From an uncultured Verrucomicrobiota bacterium (lineage in GTDB: Bacteria > Verrucomicrobiota > CALLYA01 > CAYNBQ01): a stretch of 64,000 nt of DNA. Positions 36,651 through 46,608 of this stretch are shown piece by piece. Below the pieces are notes generated by a model. The model was not told where the DNA came from. It saw only the letters and a list, made by a program, of their open reading frames with translations, and ran no database searches. Position 1 is the stretch's first letter, and each line of letters starts with the position of its first letter. The position numbers and the translations under genes are program-made. The stretch is taken from the NCBI GenBank assembly GCA_964395275.1, contig CAYNBQ010000002.1, positions 16,731 to 80,730 of the forward strand, in the 5' to 3' direction.

Positions 36651-36959
36651 ATGAAGACGGACCAACCCATCCGCGGCGCCGAAGGCGGCGTCCTTCTCGA
36701 CGTCCGGCTCGTTCCGCGCGCGAGAAGGGACGAGGTCGAGGGGATCTACGGCGACAGCCTCAAGATCCGCGTGGCCGCCCCTCCCGTCGAGGGACGCGCG
36801 AACGAGGCCCTGCTCCGTTTCCTGGGCAGGAAACTCGGCGTGTCCCGGTCCCGTTTCGAGATCCGCAGGGGACGCACCTCCCGCCGCAAGCTCGTCTGGA
36901 TCGACGGCGTCGACGAGGAGGCCGTGCGTCGCGCCCTGGGCCTCGCACAGCGGGGCTGA
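36651..36959 (+). CDS. DUF167 (YggU) family protein
   Basis: ORF 36651..36959. LLDVRLVPRARRDEVEGIYGDSLKIRVAAPPVEGRANEAL is a YggU signature. Confidence 0.7.
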   Translation: MKTDQPIRGAEGGVLLDVRLVPRARRDEVEGIYGDSLKIRVAAPPVEGRANEALLRFLGRKLGVSRSRFEIRRGRTSRRKLVWIDGVDEEAVRRALGLAQRG

Positions 36960-36965
36960 CCTCCC

Positions 36966-36980
36966 CCGCGGCCGCCGCGG
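36966..36980. terminator. GC-rich hairpin (ccgcgg-ccg-ccgcgg) between the convergent DUF167 and isomerase genes
   Basis: 6-bp perfect stem with 3-nt loop in the 42-nt convergent intergenic region. No U-tract. Confidence 0.25.
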
Positions 36981-37001
36981 CGGCGGCGGACGCACGCCGG
37001 A

Positions 37002-38411
37002 TCAGCCGAGATGCCGGGCGACGTCCCACCCGAGGTAGGTGGCCATCGCCTCTTCGACGGCGTCGGCGACCTCTCCGCGGGTGGCCGCCACGTGATGCTC
37101 GAACCCGTTCTCGCAGATGTAGCGGAGCAGGCCCTGGAACCCCGGGATGCGCACCACCCCGTAGCCGCCGAAGGTCGAAAGAGGATCGTCGGTGAACTCG
37201 CCCTGCCCCACGTAGGCCGCAATCTCGCCCCGCACGTCGTCGGTGGAAACCCGGCAGAAGGTGAATCCGCCCGGCCGGATCCGACCCACGATCGTCCCGT
37301 AGCTCTTCGCCTTGCCGACCGTTCCGGCGATGATCTCCTGGAAATCCATGTGGTGTTCCTGCAGGAAATCCTTCGGCAGATTCGAACAGTGGAAGACCAC
37401 TCCCCGATCGGGATCGTCCCCGTAGTTGTTGTTCCAGTCCAGGAGGGCCGCCGGTCCTCCCGAGGCGCTCTGCAGGGCGCACATCCCGATCAACCCCGCG
37501 ATGTCCGTTTCGCAGGCGCTCGGGCGCATCGAGTTCGACATCATGCTCATGACCGTGCAGGGGACGACGCCGTAGTACTCCTCGATCGACGTCCAACACT
37601 GGATGGCCGTGGCCGAAAGGTCGTTCTCGGTCATCCATTCCTCGATCACCACCGCGAGTTTCGCCATGCGGACGAGACTTTCGTCCGGCACCCCGTCGAC
37701 GCTCGTGTAGGAGCGCACGGATTCGAGCTTTTCCCGGACGCTATTCGCCCCGTCGTCCATCGAGGTCGCCCGGCCGAAGATCTCCGAGAGATCGATGGTC
37801 TCCACGCTGATGCCCGCCGATTCCAGGATCTTCTCGCTGAAGCGCACCGTGTTGAACGACGCCGGCCGCGCGCCGATCACGCCGAGCCGCATGCGCCGCA
37901 GGGTCCTGACCACGCGGCAGACGGCGGCGAACCGGCGCAGATCCTCCCGGAAGGAGGCGCTCTGCGGATCGACCGTGTGCAGATCGGTCAGCGAATAGGC
38001 GATGCCGTACTGGCGCAGGTTGTTGCAGACGGACATCTTGCCGCAGAAGCTGTCCCGCCGATCGCGGATCGTCATCCGGTCTCGATCGTCGGCGAAGGCG
38101 TGCACCAGGACGGGAACCTCCAGATCGGAATAGCGGATGGCGTTGGCCACGGCGCGTTCGTCGCCGAAATTCGGCAGCGTGACGAGGATCCCCATGATGT
38201 CGTCGCGCCGCTCGCGAAAGAGATCCCCGCAGCGTTTCGCTTCCGCGAGGCTCTCGACGGCGCCCATCTTGGTTTCGTCCTCGCCGACGATGACCGGTTC
38301 GAACCCCTCTTCTTCGAGCACGTCGAGAATGGTCTGCCGCCCCGTGGCGCAGAGATGATCCGGAAAGAACCCGCGGTTTCCCACGATGACGCCGATCGGA
38401 AGCTTTTCCAT
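37002..38411 (-). CDS. L-fucose/L-arabinose isomerase family protein
   Basis: ORF 37002..38495, trimmed to ATG 38411 (MEKLPIGVIVGNRGFFPDHL). FucI/AraA-like fold over its full 469-aa length. Confidence 0.65.
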   Translation of the reverse strand: MEKLPIGVIVGNRGFFPDHLCATGRQTILDVLEEEGFEPVIVGEDETKMGAVESLAEAKRCGDLFRERRDDIMGILVTLPNFGDERAVANAIRYSDLEVPVLVHAFADDRDRMTIRDRRDSFCGKMSVCNNLRQYGIAYSLTDLHTVDPQSASFREDLRRFAAVCRVVRTLRRMRLGVIGARPASFNTVRFSEKILESAGISVETIDLSEIFGRATSMDDGANSVREKLESVRSYTSVDGVPDESLVRMAKLAVVIEEWMTENDLSATAIQCWTSIEEYYGVVPCTVMSMMSNSMRPSACETDIAGLIGMCALQSASGGPAALLDWNNNYGDDPDRGVVFHCSNLPKDFLQEHHMDFQEIIAGTVGKAKSYGTIVGRIRPGGFTFCRVSTDDVRGEIAAYVGQGEFTDDPLSTFGGYGVVRIPGFQGLLRYICENGFEHHVAATRGEVADAVEEAMATYLGWDVARHLG

Positions 38412-38538
38412 GCTGCGGATCTCCGCGCGCCGCCCCGCCGAATCGGGACCGGCACGTCGGCCGGAAGCATACGAAGGTTCTTTGGAATCTCTCAACGCAT
38501 TTCGGTAGGCTCGGCGGAACCGGGGAGAGGAGATCCCG

Positions 38539-39255
38539 ATGCGCTACGAAACCCTGCGCAGAGCCGTCTGCGAAGCCAACCGTACGTTGTGGAAAGCCCG
38601 CCTGGCGCCCCTGACCTGGGGCAACGTCAGCGCGGCGGACGCCGACGCGGGCGTCCTGGCGATCAAGCCGAGCGGGGTCCCCTACGAAGACCTCGAACCG
38701 GAGATGATTCCCGTCGTCTCGATCCGCGACGGGACGCCGGTGGAAGGCGATCTCCTTCCCTCGTCGGACACTCCCGCGCATCGCCTTCTCTACCGCCGTT
38801 TCCCCGGAATCGGAGGGATCGCCCACGCGCATTCCCCGTATGCGACCGCCTGGGCGCAGGCCCGCCGCCCGATTCCCTGCCTCGGAACGACCCATGCCGA
38901 CGCCTTCCGCGGAGAGATCCCGGTCACCCGGCCGCTGCGGGAGGCCGAGATCGCGGCGGACTACGAAGAGGAAACGGGAAAGGTGATCGCCGAGCTTTTC
39001 GAAGCCCCCTCCGCTCCGGATCCGATGGAAATGCCGGCCGTTCTCGTGGCCTCCCACGGCCCCTTCACCTGGGGACGATCGGCCCGCGAGGCCGTCGTTC
39101 ATGCGATCACCCTGGAGGAGATCGCGCGCATGGCCGTGCTCACCTTCCGGATCGCGCACGACACGCCGCCGATCCCGGACGTTCTCCTGGAGCGTCACTT
39201 CACCCGCAAACACGGCCCGGGATCCTACTACGGGCAGCGCGGAGAAACCGGCTGA
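38539..39255 (+). CDS. L-ribulose-5-phosphate 4-epimerase / class II aldolase family (AraD/FucA-like)
   Basis: ORF 38539..39255. TWGNVSAAD...VLAIKPSGVPYEDL...PSSDTPAHRLLYRRFPGIGGIAHAHSPYATAWAQ is very AraD-like. Confidence 0.8.
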   Translation: MRYETLRRAVCEANRTLWKARLAPLTWGNVSAADADAGVLAIKPSGVPYEDLEPEMIPVVSIRDGTPVEGDLLPSSDTPAHRLLYRRFPGIGGIAHAHSPYATAWAQARRPIPCLGTTHADAFRGEIPVTRPLREAEIAADYEEETGKVIAELFEAPSAPDPMEMPAVLVASHGPFTWGRSAREAVVHAITLEEIARMAVLTFRIAHDTPPIPDVLLERHFTRKHGPGSYYGQRGETG

Positions 39256-39280
39256 GACGCCGGCCGCCGGCGATCTCCGT

Positions 39281-41257
39281 TCAGTAGGGCAACTGGATGA
39301 CGGATTTCGAGATCAGGGTGAATCCGATCGCCAACATGCCCGTCAGTCCGAGACCGCAGGTGGCGCCCGCCGTGAGCACCGGCACGTACCGGCGCCACTT
39401 GTCGCGGCCGAACCGGGGTTGGAAGACGTAGTGGCCGAGAAGGGCCCCGGCGAAGAGCAGGACCTGGTTGTGCGGCCAGGCGCCGATCCCGGTCAGCAGC
39501 CCGTAGAAGAGGAAGAGCGGCCCGTTGAAGATCATGAAGAGGGCGTAGAGCCCCAGCCCGCCGCCGAGACCGAGGGCGATGTATCCGGGCTTGATGGCGT
39601 CGAACAGCAGCGAGTTGCCGGTGCGGGTTCCCGTCGCCCAGAGGCACTGCCAGTACGCCTGGATGCCCCACATCTTGGCCGCGTAGGGATAGGCCGCCGA
39701 CGGAATCTGGTTGAGCTTCCACAGGAAGGAACAGAAGAGGACGCTGGTGATCAGCAGCAGGGGGAAGATCAGCAGTTCCACCTTGATCAGGCTGGTGAAC
39801 TTCGTCCGGGTCAGGGTGAGTTCCCGGAAGGTCTGGGTCATCCATCCGTAGTCGGCCAGGGGGACGGGAGCGAACCAGATGGCGATGCCGTTGTACCCGA
39901 GCATCCGCGTGCTGAGGATGAACGACGCCTCCCGGAAATAGCTGAACTGCACCGGTTGCCCCGTCAGGCCGACCATCCGCGCCGAAATGTACGAGTTGAA
40001 CGGCGTCCAGACCAGGGCGTAGAAGACCAGCAGCCACCACGGAAACGTCGGAACGAGACGGTGGCAGAGGTAGACGAGCGACAGGGCCGCCGTGAGCCAG
40101 ACGCCCACCGCCAGGAGGACGGGGATGTCGCCCCGTTCCTTCGAACCCCGCTGGATCTTGCGTTTCTCGCCCCGCCGCAGGAGGGCGTGCGCCGCGGATC
40201 CGATCCCGATGAAGGCGATCGTCAGGGTCGTTCCGATCCGGATGGACATCCAGAGGTCGAGATCGTTGGCGATGTACGTCTGGATGGTGTCCATCCCCGG
40301 TTTCCACGAGGTCAGGATGTCGTGGTTGTAGAGAATGGGGTTGAGAACGATCATCGTGCCGATCGAGGCGATCGTGGCGCCGATGACCAGCCGGAAGGGA
40401 AGAACGAATCCGATCAGGATGAAGAGAAGGTTCGTCCCCAGCCCGACCAGGGCCGCCGGCAGGATTCCCTGGGTCTTCTGCGTCAGGTCGATGAAGGGGA
40501 TCGGAAGGATCTGCACCGGCTTGTTCATGATACCGCCGGTGATCGTCGGCAGCACGACGTAGACGATCCCGAAGACGATGCCGATGGCGGTGCCCGTGGT
40601 GAAGACGCGCCAGCGCCAGGTTTCCTTCGGCTCGTAGGATTCGGCCAGGGCCGTGGCGCCCTGCGCCGCGATCGGGGCCATCGGGAAGGGCAGCTGCTCG
40701 ACGTCGCTGGTGATCCGGAAGAGGGTGTAGCCGAGGCAGAACATCACGATGCGCCCGAGCAGGCCGCTCAACACGATCACGCCGATCGCCGGGAGCCATT
40801 CCCGGCTGAAGATCGTCCGCAGCAGGTAGACCGGCGAACCCCGCGGCGGGGCGATCCACGGGTTCTGGCTGAGTTCGCCGACGATTCCGAACTGCTCGGC
40901 CTGGATCGACTGCACCAGGAACTGGTTCCAGAGGATCTGGAAGAAGGGGCCGCCCGATACCACCAGCCCGCCGGCGAGCGCGAAGAGGACCACGATCTCC
41001 TGCCGGGTCAGACGCGTGAAACAACGGCGCGAGACCTCCGTGAAGAGAATCACCGTGACCCACTGCGCGGCCGTGTGCATCCCCTGTTCCGATCCCGCCA
41101 CCAGCGTCAGATAGATCGCGCCGGGCAACATGACGAAGGCCAGGAAAAGGCCCCCGATGACCGACTTCATGTTGAAGCCGTCCCGGTACGGTTCCCGGGC
41201 CTCCTGGAAGGCGGCCGACCCCCATTCCTGCAGCAGTTCTTCCTGAATCGACGGCAT
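39281..41257 (-). CDS. Polytopic integral membrane protein of unknown function (paralog of 46609..48570), third gene of the giant-protein operon
   Basis: ORF 39281..41257 (658 aa). At least 14 hydrophobic segments, rich in W, F, Y and G, with no recognisable catalytic motif. RBS GGGAGAAGAG lies 17 nt gap after the upstream stop. Confidence 0.7.
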   Translation of the reverse strand: MPSIQEELLQEWGSAAFQEAREPYRDGFNMKSVIGGLFLAFVMLPGAIYLTLVAGSEQGMHTAAQWVTVILFTEVSRRCFTRLTRQEIVVLFALAGGLVVSGGPFFQILWNQFLVQSIQAEQFGIVGELSQNPWIAPPRGSPVYLLRTIFSREWLPAIGVIVLSGLLGRIVMFCLGYTLFRITSDVEQLPFPMAPIAAQGATALAESYEPKETWRWRVFTTGTAIGIVFGIVYVVLPTITGGIMNKPVQILPIPFIDLTQKTQGILPAALVGLGTNLLFILIGFVLPFRLVIGATIASIGTMIVLNPILYNHDILTSWKPGMDTIQTYIANDLDLWMSIRIGTTLTIAFIGIGSAAHALLRRGEKRKIQRGSKERGDIPVLLAVGVWLTAALSLVYLCHRLVPTFPWWLLVFYALVWTPFNSYISARMVGLTGQPVQFSYFREASFILSTRMLGYNGIAIWFAPVPLADYGWMTQTFRELTLTRTKFTSLIKVELLIFPLLLITSVLFCSFLWKLNQIPSAAYPYAAKMWGIQAYWQCLWATGTRTGNSLLFDAIKPGYIALGLGGGLGLYALFMIFNGPLFLFYGLLTGIGAWPHNQVLLFAGALLGHYVFQPRFGRDKWRRYVPVLTAGATCGLGLTGMLAIGFTLISKSVIQLPY

Positions 41258-41274
41258 CGGCTCTTCTCCCGGAC

Positions 41275-44200
41275 TCAGGCTTCCTCTTCTTCGATCTTCC
41301 CGGAGAGGATGTCTTCGGTGCGGCTGTAGTAGATGTCCTTCTCCTTGTCAGGCAGAACGCGCCAGAGCAGGATGGTCTTGCGCAGGCGGTTGAAGAACTC
41401 CCGGTTCGTCCGGCGCCAGGCCGTCTCCTCGCCGCTGATCCGGCGGATCGCCAGGCGGAAGGTCAGTTTCCCCTCGATCACGTCCGAAGGCAGGGAGATC
41501 AGTTCCACGTCCTGTTGCACACCGAAGTCGTAGGGCGCCAGGCGGCACCGGAAGGAGATCACCGCGAGGCCCTCTTCGATATCGTCGCGGAACCGGACGT
41601 TCTCGGCGCAGAAATGCCCGACGGCCTCCTCGCGATGCGCCCGGAAATAGTCGACGAGATAGGCGTTGAAGGGATGGACCTGGTTCTCGTCGATGATGAA
41701 CGGCAGGTCGAGAATCCACCGGTCGCCCTCGGGATCTCCCACCTGCCAGGTCCGGGCGATGTCGGGGGTCGCCAGGCGGTGGGCCAGCGAGGCCGGGTAG
41801 AGACTCGATCCGATCGTCACCAGCATGACCATCGCCACCGCCAGGAAGGTCGACATCGACGAGTAGTTCAGCGTCAGGCCCGCCAGCCAGTGGTTCTTCG
41901 CCAGCGTGAAGGCGACCGCCTGCCCCAGAAGATATCCGGCGATGGCCCCCAGCACCGCGTAGACGCAGGATTCGGCGATGAACAGACTGGAGATGTGGAC
42001 CGGGGAAAGGCCGACCGAACTGTAGGTGTGAATCTCCTTCTGCCGTTCGTAGACCGATCCGAGCATCGTGTTGAAGATGATCAGTCCGGCGATGAGAAGC
42101 GGGATCGCCATCGTGCCCAGGCCGGAGAGCGAACTCGCCCCGATCGAGTTGAAAAGCATCGCCGTCTCGCCCGGCTTTTCCCCCACGTAGATCGCCAGCG
42201 ACCAGCCCGACAGCAGTTTCTCGACGAACCCCCTCAGGTCCATCGATTCGTCCAGGGGCCGCGCCGCGATCGAACGCACCGTCCCCCCGCGCATCATCAG
42301 GGTCTTGAAGGGCAGCAGCGCGACCGCCGAGGCCGGGAAATAATCGTATTCCTCGAGCGCGGCCGCGGTCGTGCCCGTCTCCTCGTCTCGACGCACCTGT
42401 TCGGCCCTCCGGACGAGGAAACTCGCCGGGGTCAGCGGATCGTCGTTCAGATCGACGATGTCGTTCCAGCCCGGCAGGCCTTCCTCCGGCTGCGACCGGA
42501 CCAGCCCGATGACCGTAAGCCGTTCCCCGAAGAGCCGTACCGCCGCCGTCCCGAGCCGGTCCGGCGTGATCCCGATCGCCTCCGCAAGGCTGTCGGGCAG
42601 GATGCAGACCTTGCGATCCCCCGGTTCGAACCATCGCCCGGCCGTCAGGGCCCGCCCCACGCCCGTGATCCGGATCTCCTCCGGCTCGAGTCCCACGGCG
42701 CCGGCGATCTGCGTCATGCGCGTCGGTTCGTCGGCGTTCGAGATCTCCATGGCCAGGTATTCTTCCGGCCGCGCCGCCGTCAGCCACGCCCGCGCCGCGA
42801 CCACGAACCCCTCTTCGAAGGCGCGCCGGAACCGGCGGAACTCCGGTTCCTCCAGCGGCGCCCAGTCGAGGTTCCGGTAGAGCACCCCCCGGTACTCCGC
42901 CTTCCAGGGAAGCGGATAGCGGTTCATCCGCAGGTATCCCTGCACGGAGACGAAGGAGATCACCGTGAAGGTCAGGAGAATCAGCGCCACGCAGGTCAGC
43001 GTCGTCTTCATCTTCCGCCGGCGCATGTAGGAAACGCCGAGATTGAACGCGGTGAGCGCCGCCCCGAAGCGGTTCACGTCGCTGTAACGCAGCGCCACCA
43101 TCCCGGATTTCAGGCGGCGCAGTTCCCGGTTGAACTTCGACATCACCAGGGAGGTCACCACCACCGCGAGGGTGATGATCACGAACCCGAGAAAGATCAG
43201 CAGGGGCGTCATGGTGATTGCGAAGGCCGGGTGCACCATCGCCAGCAGCAGGAGTACGACGGCGAAGACACCCACCACGCCCGCGATCCGCGCGCGGATG
43301 TCCGCGAAGGCGAAGACGAGCCGTTCGGTGAAGAAGGCGAAGGGCAACGCCATCGCCAGGTAGAAGATCACCCCACGGACCACGTCGTTCGAGGTGCTGA
43401 TCACGTCGGGATACACCCGCGACGCGAAGGCCCACGCGTCCGAAGTCGCTTCCACGTACCGGCTCCAGAGCCGGTCCTTTCGGTAGTTCGCCGCCCGGTC
43501 CAGCGCCGCGCGGGCCTCCCGGTGCATTCCCGCCAGAAACTCGCTCACGATGCCGTGCCGCGTCAGGGCCGCAAGACGTTCCTCGTTCAGGTACCAGAGG
43601 TCCCGGGCCACCCGTTCCGGAACCTCCTTCATGACCCCGTGGACGGGGCGGAATCCGTACGTCGAACCCTTGTGATTCTCGATCACCGTCGAGACCAGCC
43701 GTTCCACCTCCTGCCGCCGCTTGCGCCAGGCGTGGTCCGTGCCTCCGTTCCGGGCCTCTTCCACGAGCGTCCGGAACGTTTCGCGGGCCTCCCGGAGATG
43801 CCGGAGCTCCTTCTCGGTCGGCGGGACGATGCCCCGGGAAAGCAGTTCTTCGGGATCCGCGTCAAGGATCTTCGAAAACAGCTCTTCCACGGTCTTCGGC
43901 TGCAGGCTTGCCGGCGCCCTCGCCAGGGCGTCGGGACCGCTTTCCGCCCGGTCGAGGCACCCCCGGACGGCGTAGCCGAGTTCGATCAGCGGCGTGGCGG
44001 CGTTGACCAGCACGAGCCGTTTGCCGACCAGCCCGAGGCTCATCGTCAGTTTGAACCGGTCGTCCGGCCTCGTGAAGATCACCACGCAGGGTTCGATGTA
44101 CGAGGTGGCGTACCGAGGAACCATCGGCAGCGAAAACCCGAAGAACTGCGGTTCGGCGTCGGTGCGCCCGTCCAGGATCTGCAGGTACTGCAGGGAGAGC

Positions 44201-46605
44201 AGGTAGCGCGGATCGACCAGATCCACCAGGGCCGTCGCGGAACAGTCGAAAAGCACGGCCGTGATCCCGAGGGCGGATCGCGAGGGGATGTGGATTCGAT
44301 GGAAGTTGTACTTCCGGTCCCCTTCCCCGCCGAGGTCGTGGGCCATGGTCACGTGCCCGGTTTCTTCGTCCAGGAGAAAGGCCTGGAGTTCGGCGCCGGC
44401 GGTCCAGAGGAACCCGGGGAACGAGAATCCCCCGTCCTCGTCGGCGATCGTCACGTGTTCGGTGTGGATTCCGTACAGGGGTTTCGGGAATCCCCGCAGA
44501 TAGGCCCCCTTCATTCCCCGTTCGGGACGGACCATCAGCAGGGCGCCGGGAACGGGCGTGTCCGCGATGAGGCTCTTGGCCTGTTCGAGACGGACGGCCC
44601 GGCCGTGGATGGCCGGGTAGAGACGGAACTTCTCGTAGATGTGCAGGTCGATGTCGACGTCGTCGGCCAGCATCCGGCAGATCGTCGCCGCCATGCGGCC
44701 GCCCAGGAGGAGGTTGTCGAGGTTCACCTGTTCGACCGTGTCTTCCGGCGTGTCGACGAGCCGGCGCGCGTCTTCGCAGGTCGCCACCGTGACGGCGGGG
44801 ATCGCCATCGAAACGATCTCGCTTTCGAAGGCGAAGGTCTCGCTGAAGAACGATTCCGCGCTGGTTCCCCGCTGCCCCGTGATCGTCTCGGCGAAGATCG
44901 CCGCCGCCGGCACGCCGAGCGCGTCGCCGAGGCCCGGTTGCCCCATTTCGGCGTCGCCGATGATGCGGCTGCGCAGGGCCCGTCCGAGCGGAACGTATTC
45001 GCGCTGGCGGTAGATGTCGCGGTTGTCCTCGTATCCCCCCCGGATGAAGAGGCCGACCTTGGGGGAGCCGCTGGTGAGATCGAACCCCACGAAGAGAACC
45101 GGCGAACGTTTCCGGGCCCGTTCCCGTTCGGAGACCCGCCGGAACAACGGGGCGCGGGGCCGATTCTTCCTGGCCTCTTTCACCAGGCGGTCCAGCTCCG
45201 GCGTGTGCTCGTATTTCTTCTGGAGACGGACGATGGCTTCGCGCGCCTTACGGCACAGGGCGATCTCCTCGGCCGCGCCCGGCCGGTTCCTCAGCTCCGG
45301 ATCGTTCCGGAGATCGCGGATGCGCGTGCGGAGATCCGCCAGGGCGCCCTTGAGGTCCCCCATGTCCCGGAAGGCGTTGCGCACCCCTTCGTAGGTTTCG
45401 ACGTAGGCGTTGGCCCGGTCCCATTCCGTGCTGAAGGGGGGAACCGCGAGAACCTCGATTTCCCGGCGGACCTTTTCCTCCTCCTCGCTCTTCGATTCGA
45501 GGCTCTCCCGGACGTCCGCATAGAGGTTCGTGATCGCCTCCAGCGTCGGGAATTCCCGCGCCAGACGTTCGAAATCCGGCAGGCGCGCCCGCAGCATCTT
45601 CTCTTCGAGGGGGATCGCCAGCAGTTTGCGATGATGGCCGCCGTTCGTGTTGGCCTCGCTGAACCAGCGAATGAAGTTGGCGGCCCCGCTCATGCCCAGG
45701 AAATGCGCGTCGGTGAATACGAAGAGGACCGTCCGGGCCGGCGGATCCTCCGCGAACTGCCGGGCGGTTTCCAGGAGGGCCGCGGCGTTCCCGGCGGCTT
45801 CCGCTCCCGGGGCGCGGTTCGGCACCACGGAAACGGCGTCGTAGTACGCGGAGAGAATCACCCTCTCGTTCGCATGGTCCGGATCCGACCCGGGCAGCAG
45901 TCCGATGACGTTGTGCGCCGTGACCGTTTCCCAGTGCGACCCGCCCCACAATCGCGCCCGCTCGCCCCGGCGGGCGGCTTGGCGCAGCTCCTCGGCCCGG
46001 TCCGCGCGGCGCAGCATGAAACGCGGATAGTCCAGGGGCGCCGACAGAAGAGCGCGCTCCATTTCGGTGCGTTCCACCACGCGCGGGGGCAGGAAGACGA
46101 CGGCGCGGATCCCCAGTCCGGCGACCCGGACCCAGAAATCCCCGTCGGCGAAATCCTGCACGAGGATGCCTCCCTCGACGTCGGTGCCGTCGAGGTCCTC
46201 GTACGATCCGGCGTAGATCAGCGGACCTTCGATTCCCTCCCGGGGGGTCTTCGGCGGAACGCCCGCATTGGGCCATAGGGCGTCGACTTCCAGATCCATC
46301 CCGCCGACCTGCAGGCGGCCCGGCGCGTCGGGGACCGGAACGGTGACGTCGAACTCCTGCACCACGACGCGGTTCGTGCCGAGAATCTCCCCCAGTTCGG
46401 CCCGGATGTGTTCGAAGGCGTTCGAGGAACCGACCGATCCCGGCATCCTCGATTCGTCCGAGGTGAGAATCCGCAGGGTTTCCTCGATCCGGGAGCGGTC
46501 GAAGGGCGGCGCGGGGGAACCGGCCCGGGCGGGACCCGCGTTCCCGAGCAGGACCAGGATCGCCGCCGAGAGCAGCGGCAGTCGGATGAGTGCACGGTTC
46601 CTCAT
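41275..46605 (-). CDS. Giant exported multidomain protein: signal peptide + degenerate M28-peptidase-like domain + long extracytoplasmic region + TM cluster + FtsX/MacB-fold permease module + C-terminal cytoplasmic domain
   Basis: ORF 41275..46605 (1776 aa). Signal peptide MRNRALIRLPLLSAAILVLLGNAGPARA. M28-like HNVIGLLPGSDP...RVILSAYYDAVSVVPNRAPGAEAAGNAAALLETARQF...VLFVFTDAHFLGMSG with metal ligands substituted. FtsX TM1 TLTCVALILLTFTVISF, then a periplasmic domain, then MLGSVYERQKEIHTYSSVGLSPVHISSLFIAESCVYAVLGAIAGYLLG, an FtsX/MacB TM2-3 signature. Starts 3 nt after the upstream gene's stop. Confidence 0.8.
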   Translation of the reverse strand: MRNRALIRLPLLSAAILVLLGNAGPARAGSPAPPFDRSRIEETLRILTSDESRMPGSVGSSNAFEHIRAELGEILGTNRVVVQEFDVTVPVPDAPGRLQVGGMDLEVDALWPNAGVPPKTPREGIEGPLIYAGSYEDLDGTDVEGGILVQDFADGDFWVRVAGLGIRAVVFLPPRVVERTEMERALLSAPLDYPRFMLRRADRAEELRQAARRGERARLWGGSHWETVTAHNVIGLLPGSDPDHANERVILSAYYDAVSVVPNRAPGAEAAGNAAALLETARQFAEDPPARTVLFVFTDAHFLGMSGAANFIRWFSEANTNGGHHRKLLAIPLEEKMLRARLPDFERLAREFPTLEAITNLYADVRESLESKSEEEEKVRREIEVLAVPPFSTEWDRANAYVETYEGVRNAFRDMGDLKGALADLRTRIRDLRNDPELRNRPGAAEEIALCRKAREAIVRLQKKYEHTPELDRLVKEARKNRPRAPLFRRVSERERARKRSPVLFVGFDLTSGSPKVGLFIRGGYEDNRDIYRQREYVPLGRALRSRIIGDAEMGQPGLGDALGVPAAAIFAETITGQRGTSAESFFSETFAFESEIVSMAIPAVTVATCEDARRLVDTPEDTVEQVNLDNLLLGGRMAATICRMLADDVDIDLHIYEKFRLYPAIHGRAVRLEQAKSLIADTPVPGALLMVRPERGMKGAYLRGFPKPLYGIHTEHVTIADEDGGFSFPGFLWTAGAELQAFLLDEETGHVTMAHDLGGEGDRKYNFHRIHIPSRSALGITAVLFDCSATALVDLVDPRYLLSLQYLQILDGRTDAEPQFFGFSLPMVPRYATSYIEPCVVIFTRPDDRFKLTMSLGLVGKRLVLVNAATPLIELGYAVRGCLDRAESGPDALARAPASLQPKTVEELFSKILDADPEELLSRGIVPPTEKELRHLREARETFRTLVEEARNGGTDHAWRKRRQEVERLVSTVIENHKGSTYGFRPVHGVMKEVPERVARDLWYLNEERLAALTRHGIVSEFLAGMHREARAALDRAANYRKDRLWSRYVEATSDAWAFASRVYPDVISTSNDVVRGVIFYLAMALPFAFFTERLVFAFADIRARIAGVVGVFAVVLLLLAMVHPAFAITMTPLLIFLGFVIITLAVVVTSLVMSKFNRELRRLKSGMVALRYSDVNRFGAALTAFNLGVSYMRRRKMKTTLTCVALILLTFTVISFVSVQGYLRMNRYPLPWKAEYRGVLYRNLDWAPLEEPEFRRFRRAFEEGFVVAARAWLTAARPEEYLAMEISNADEPTRMTQIAGAVGLEPEEIRITGVGRALTAGRWFEPGDRKVCILPDSLAEAIGITPDRLGTAAVRLFGERLTVIGLVRSQPEEGLPGWNDIVDLNDDPLTPASFLVRRAEQVRRDEETGTTAAALEEYDYFPASAVALLPFKTLMMRGGTVRSIAARPLDESMDLRGFVEKLLSGWSLAIYVGEKPGETAMLFNSIGASSLSGLGTMAIPLLIAGLIIFNTMLGSVYERQKEIHTYSSVGLSPVHISSLFIAESCVYAVLGAIAGYLLGQAVAFTLAKNHWLAGLTLNYSSMSTFLAVAMVMLVTIGSSLYPASLAHRLATPDIARTWQVGDPEGDRWILDLPFIIDENQVHPFNAYLVDYFRAHREEAVGHFCAENVRFRDDIEEGLAVISFRCRLAPYDFGVQQDVELISLPSDVIEGKLTFRLAIRRISGEETAWRRTNREFFNRLRKTILLWRVLPDKEKDIYYSRTEDILSGKIEEEEA

Positions 46606-46608
46606 CGG

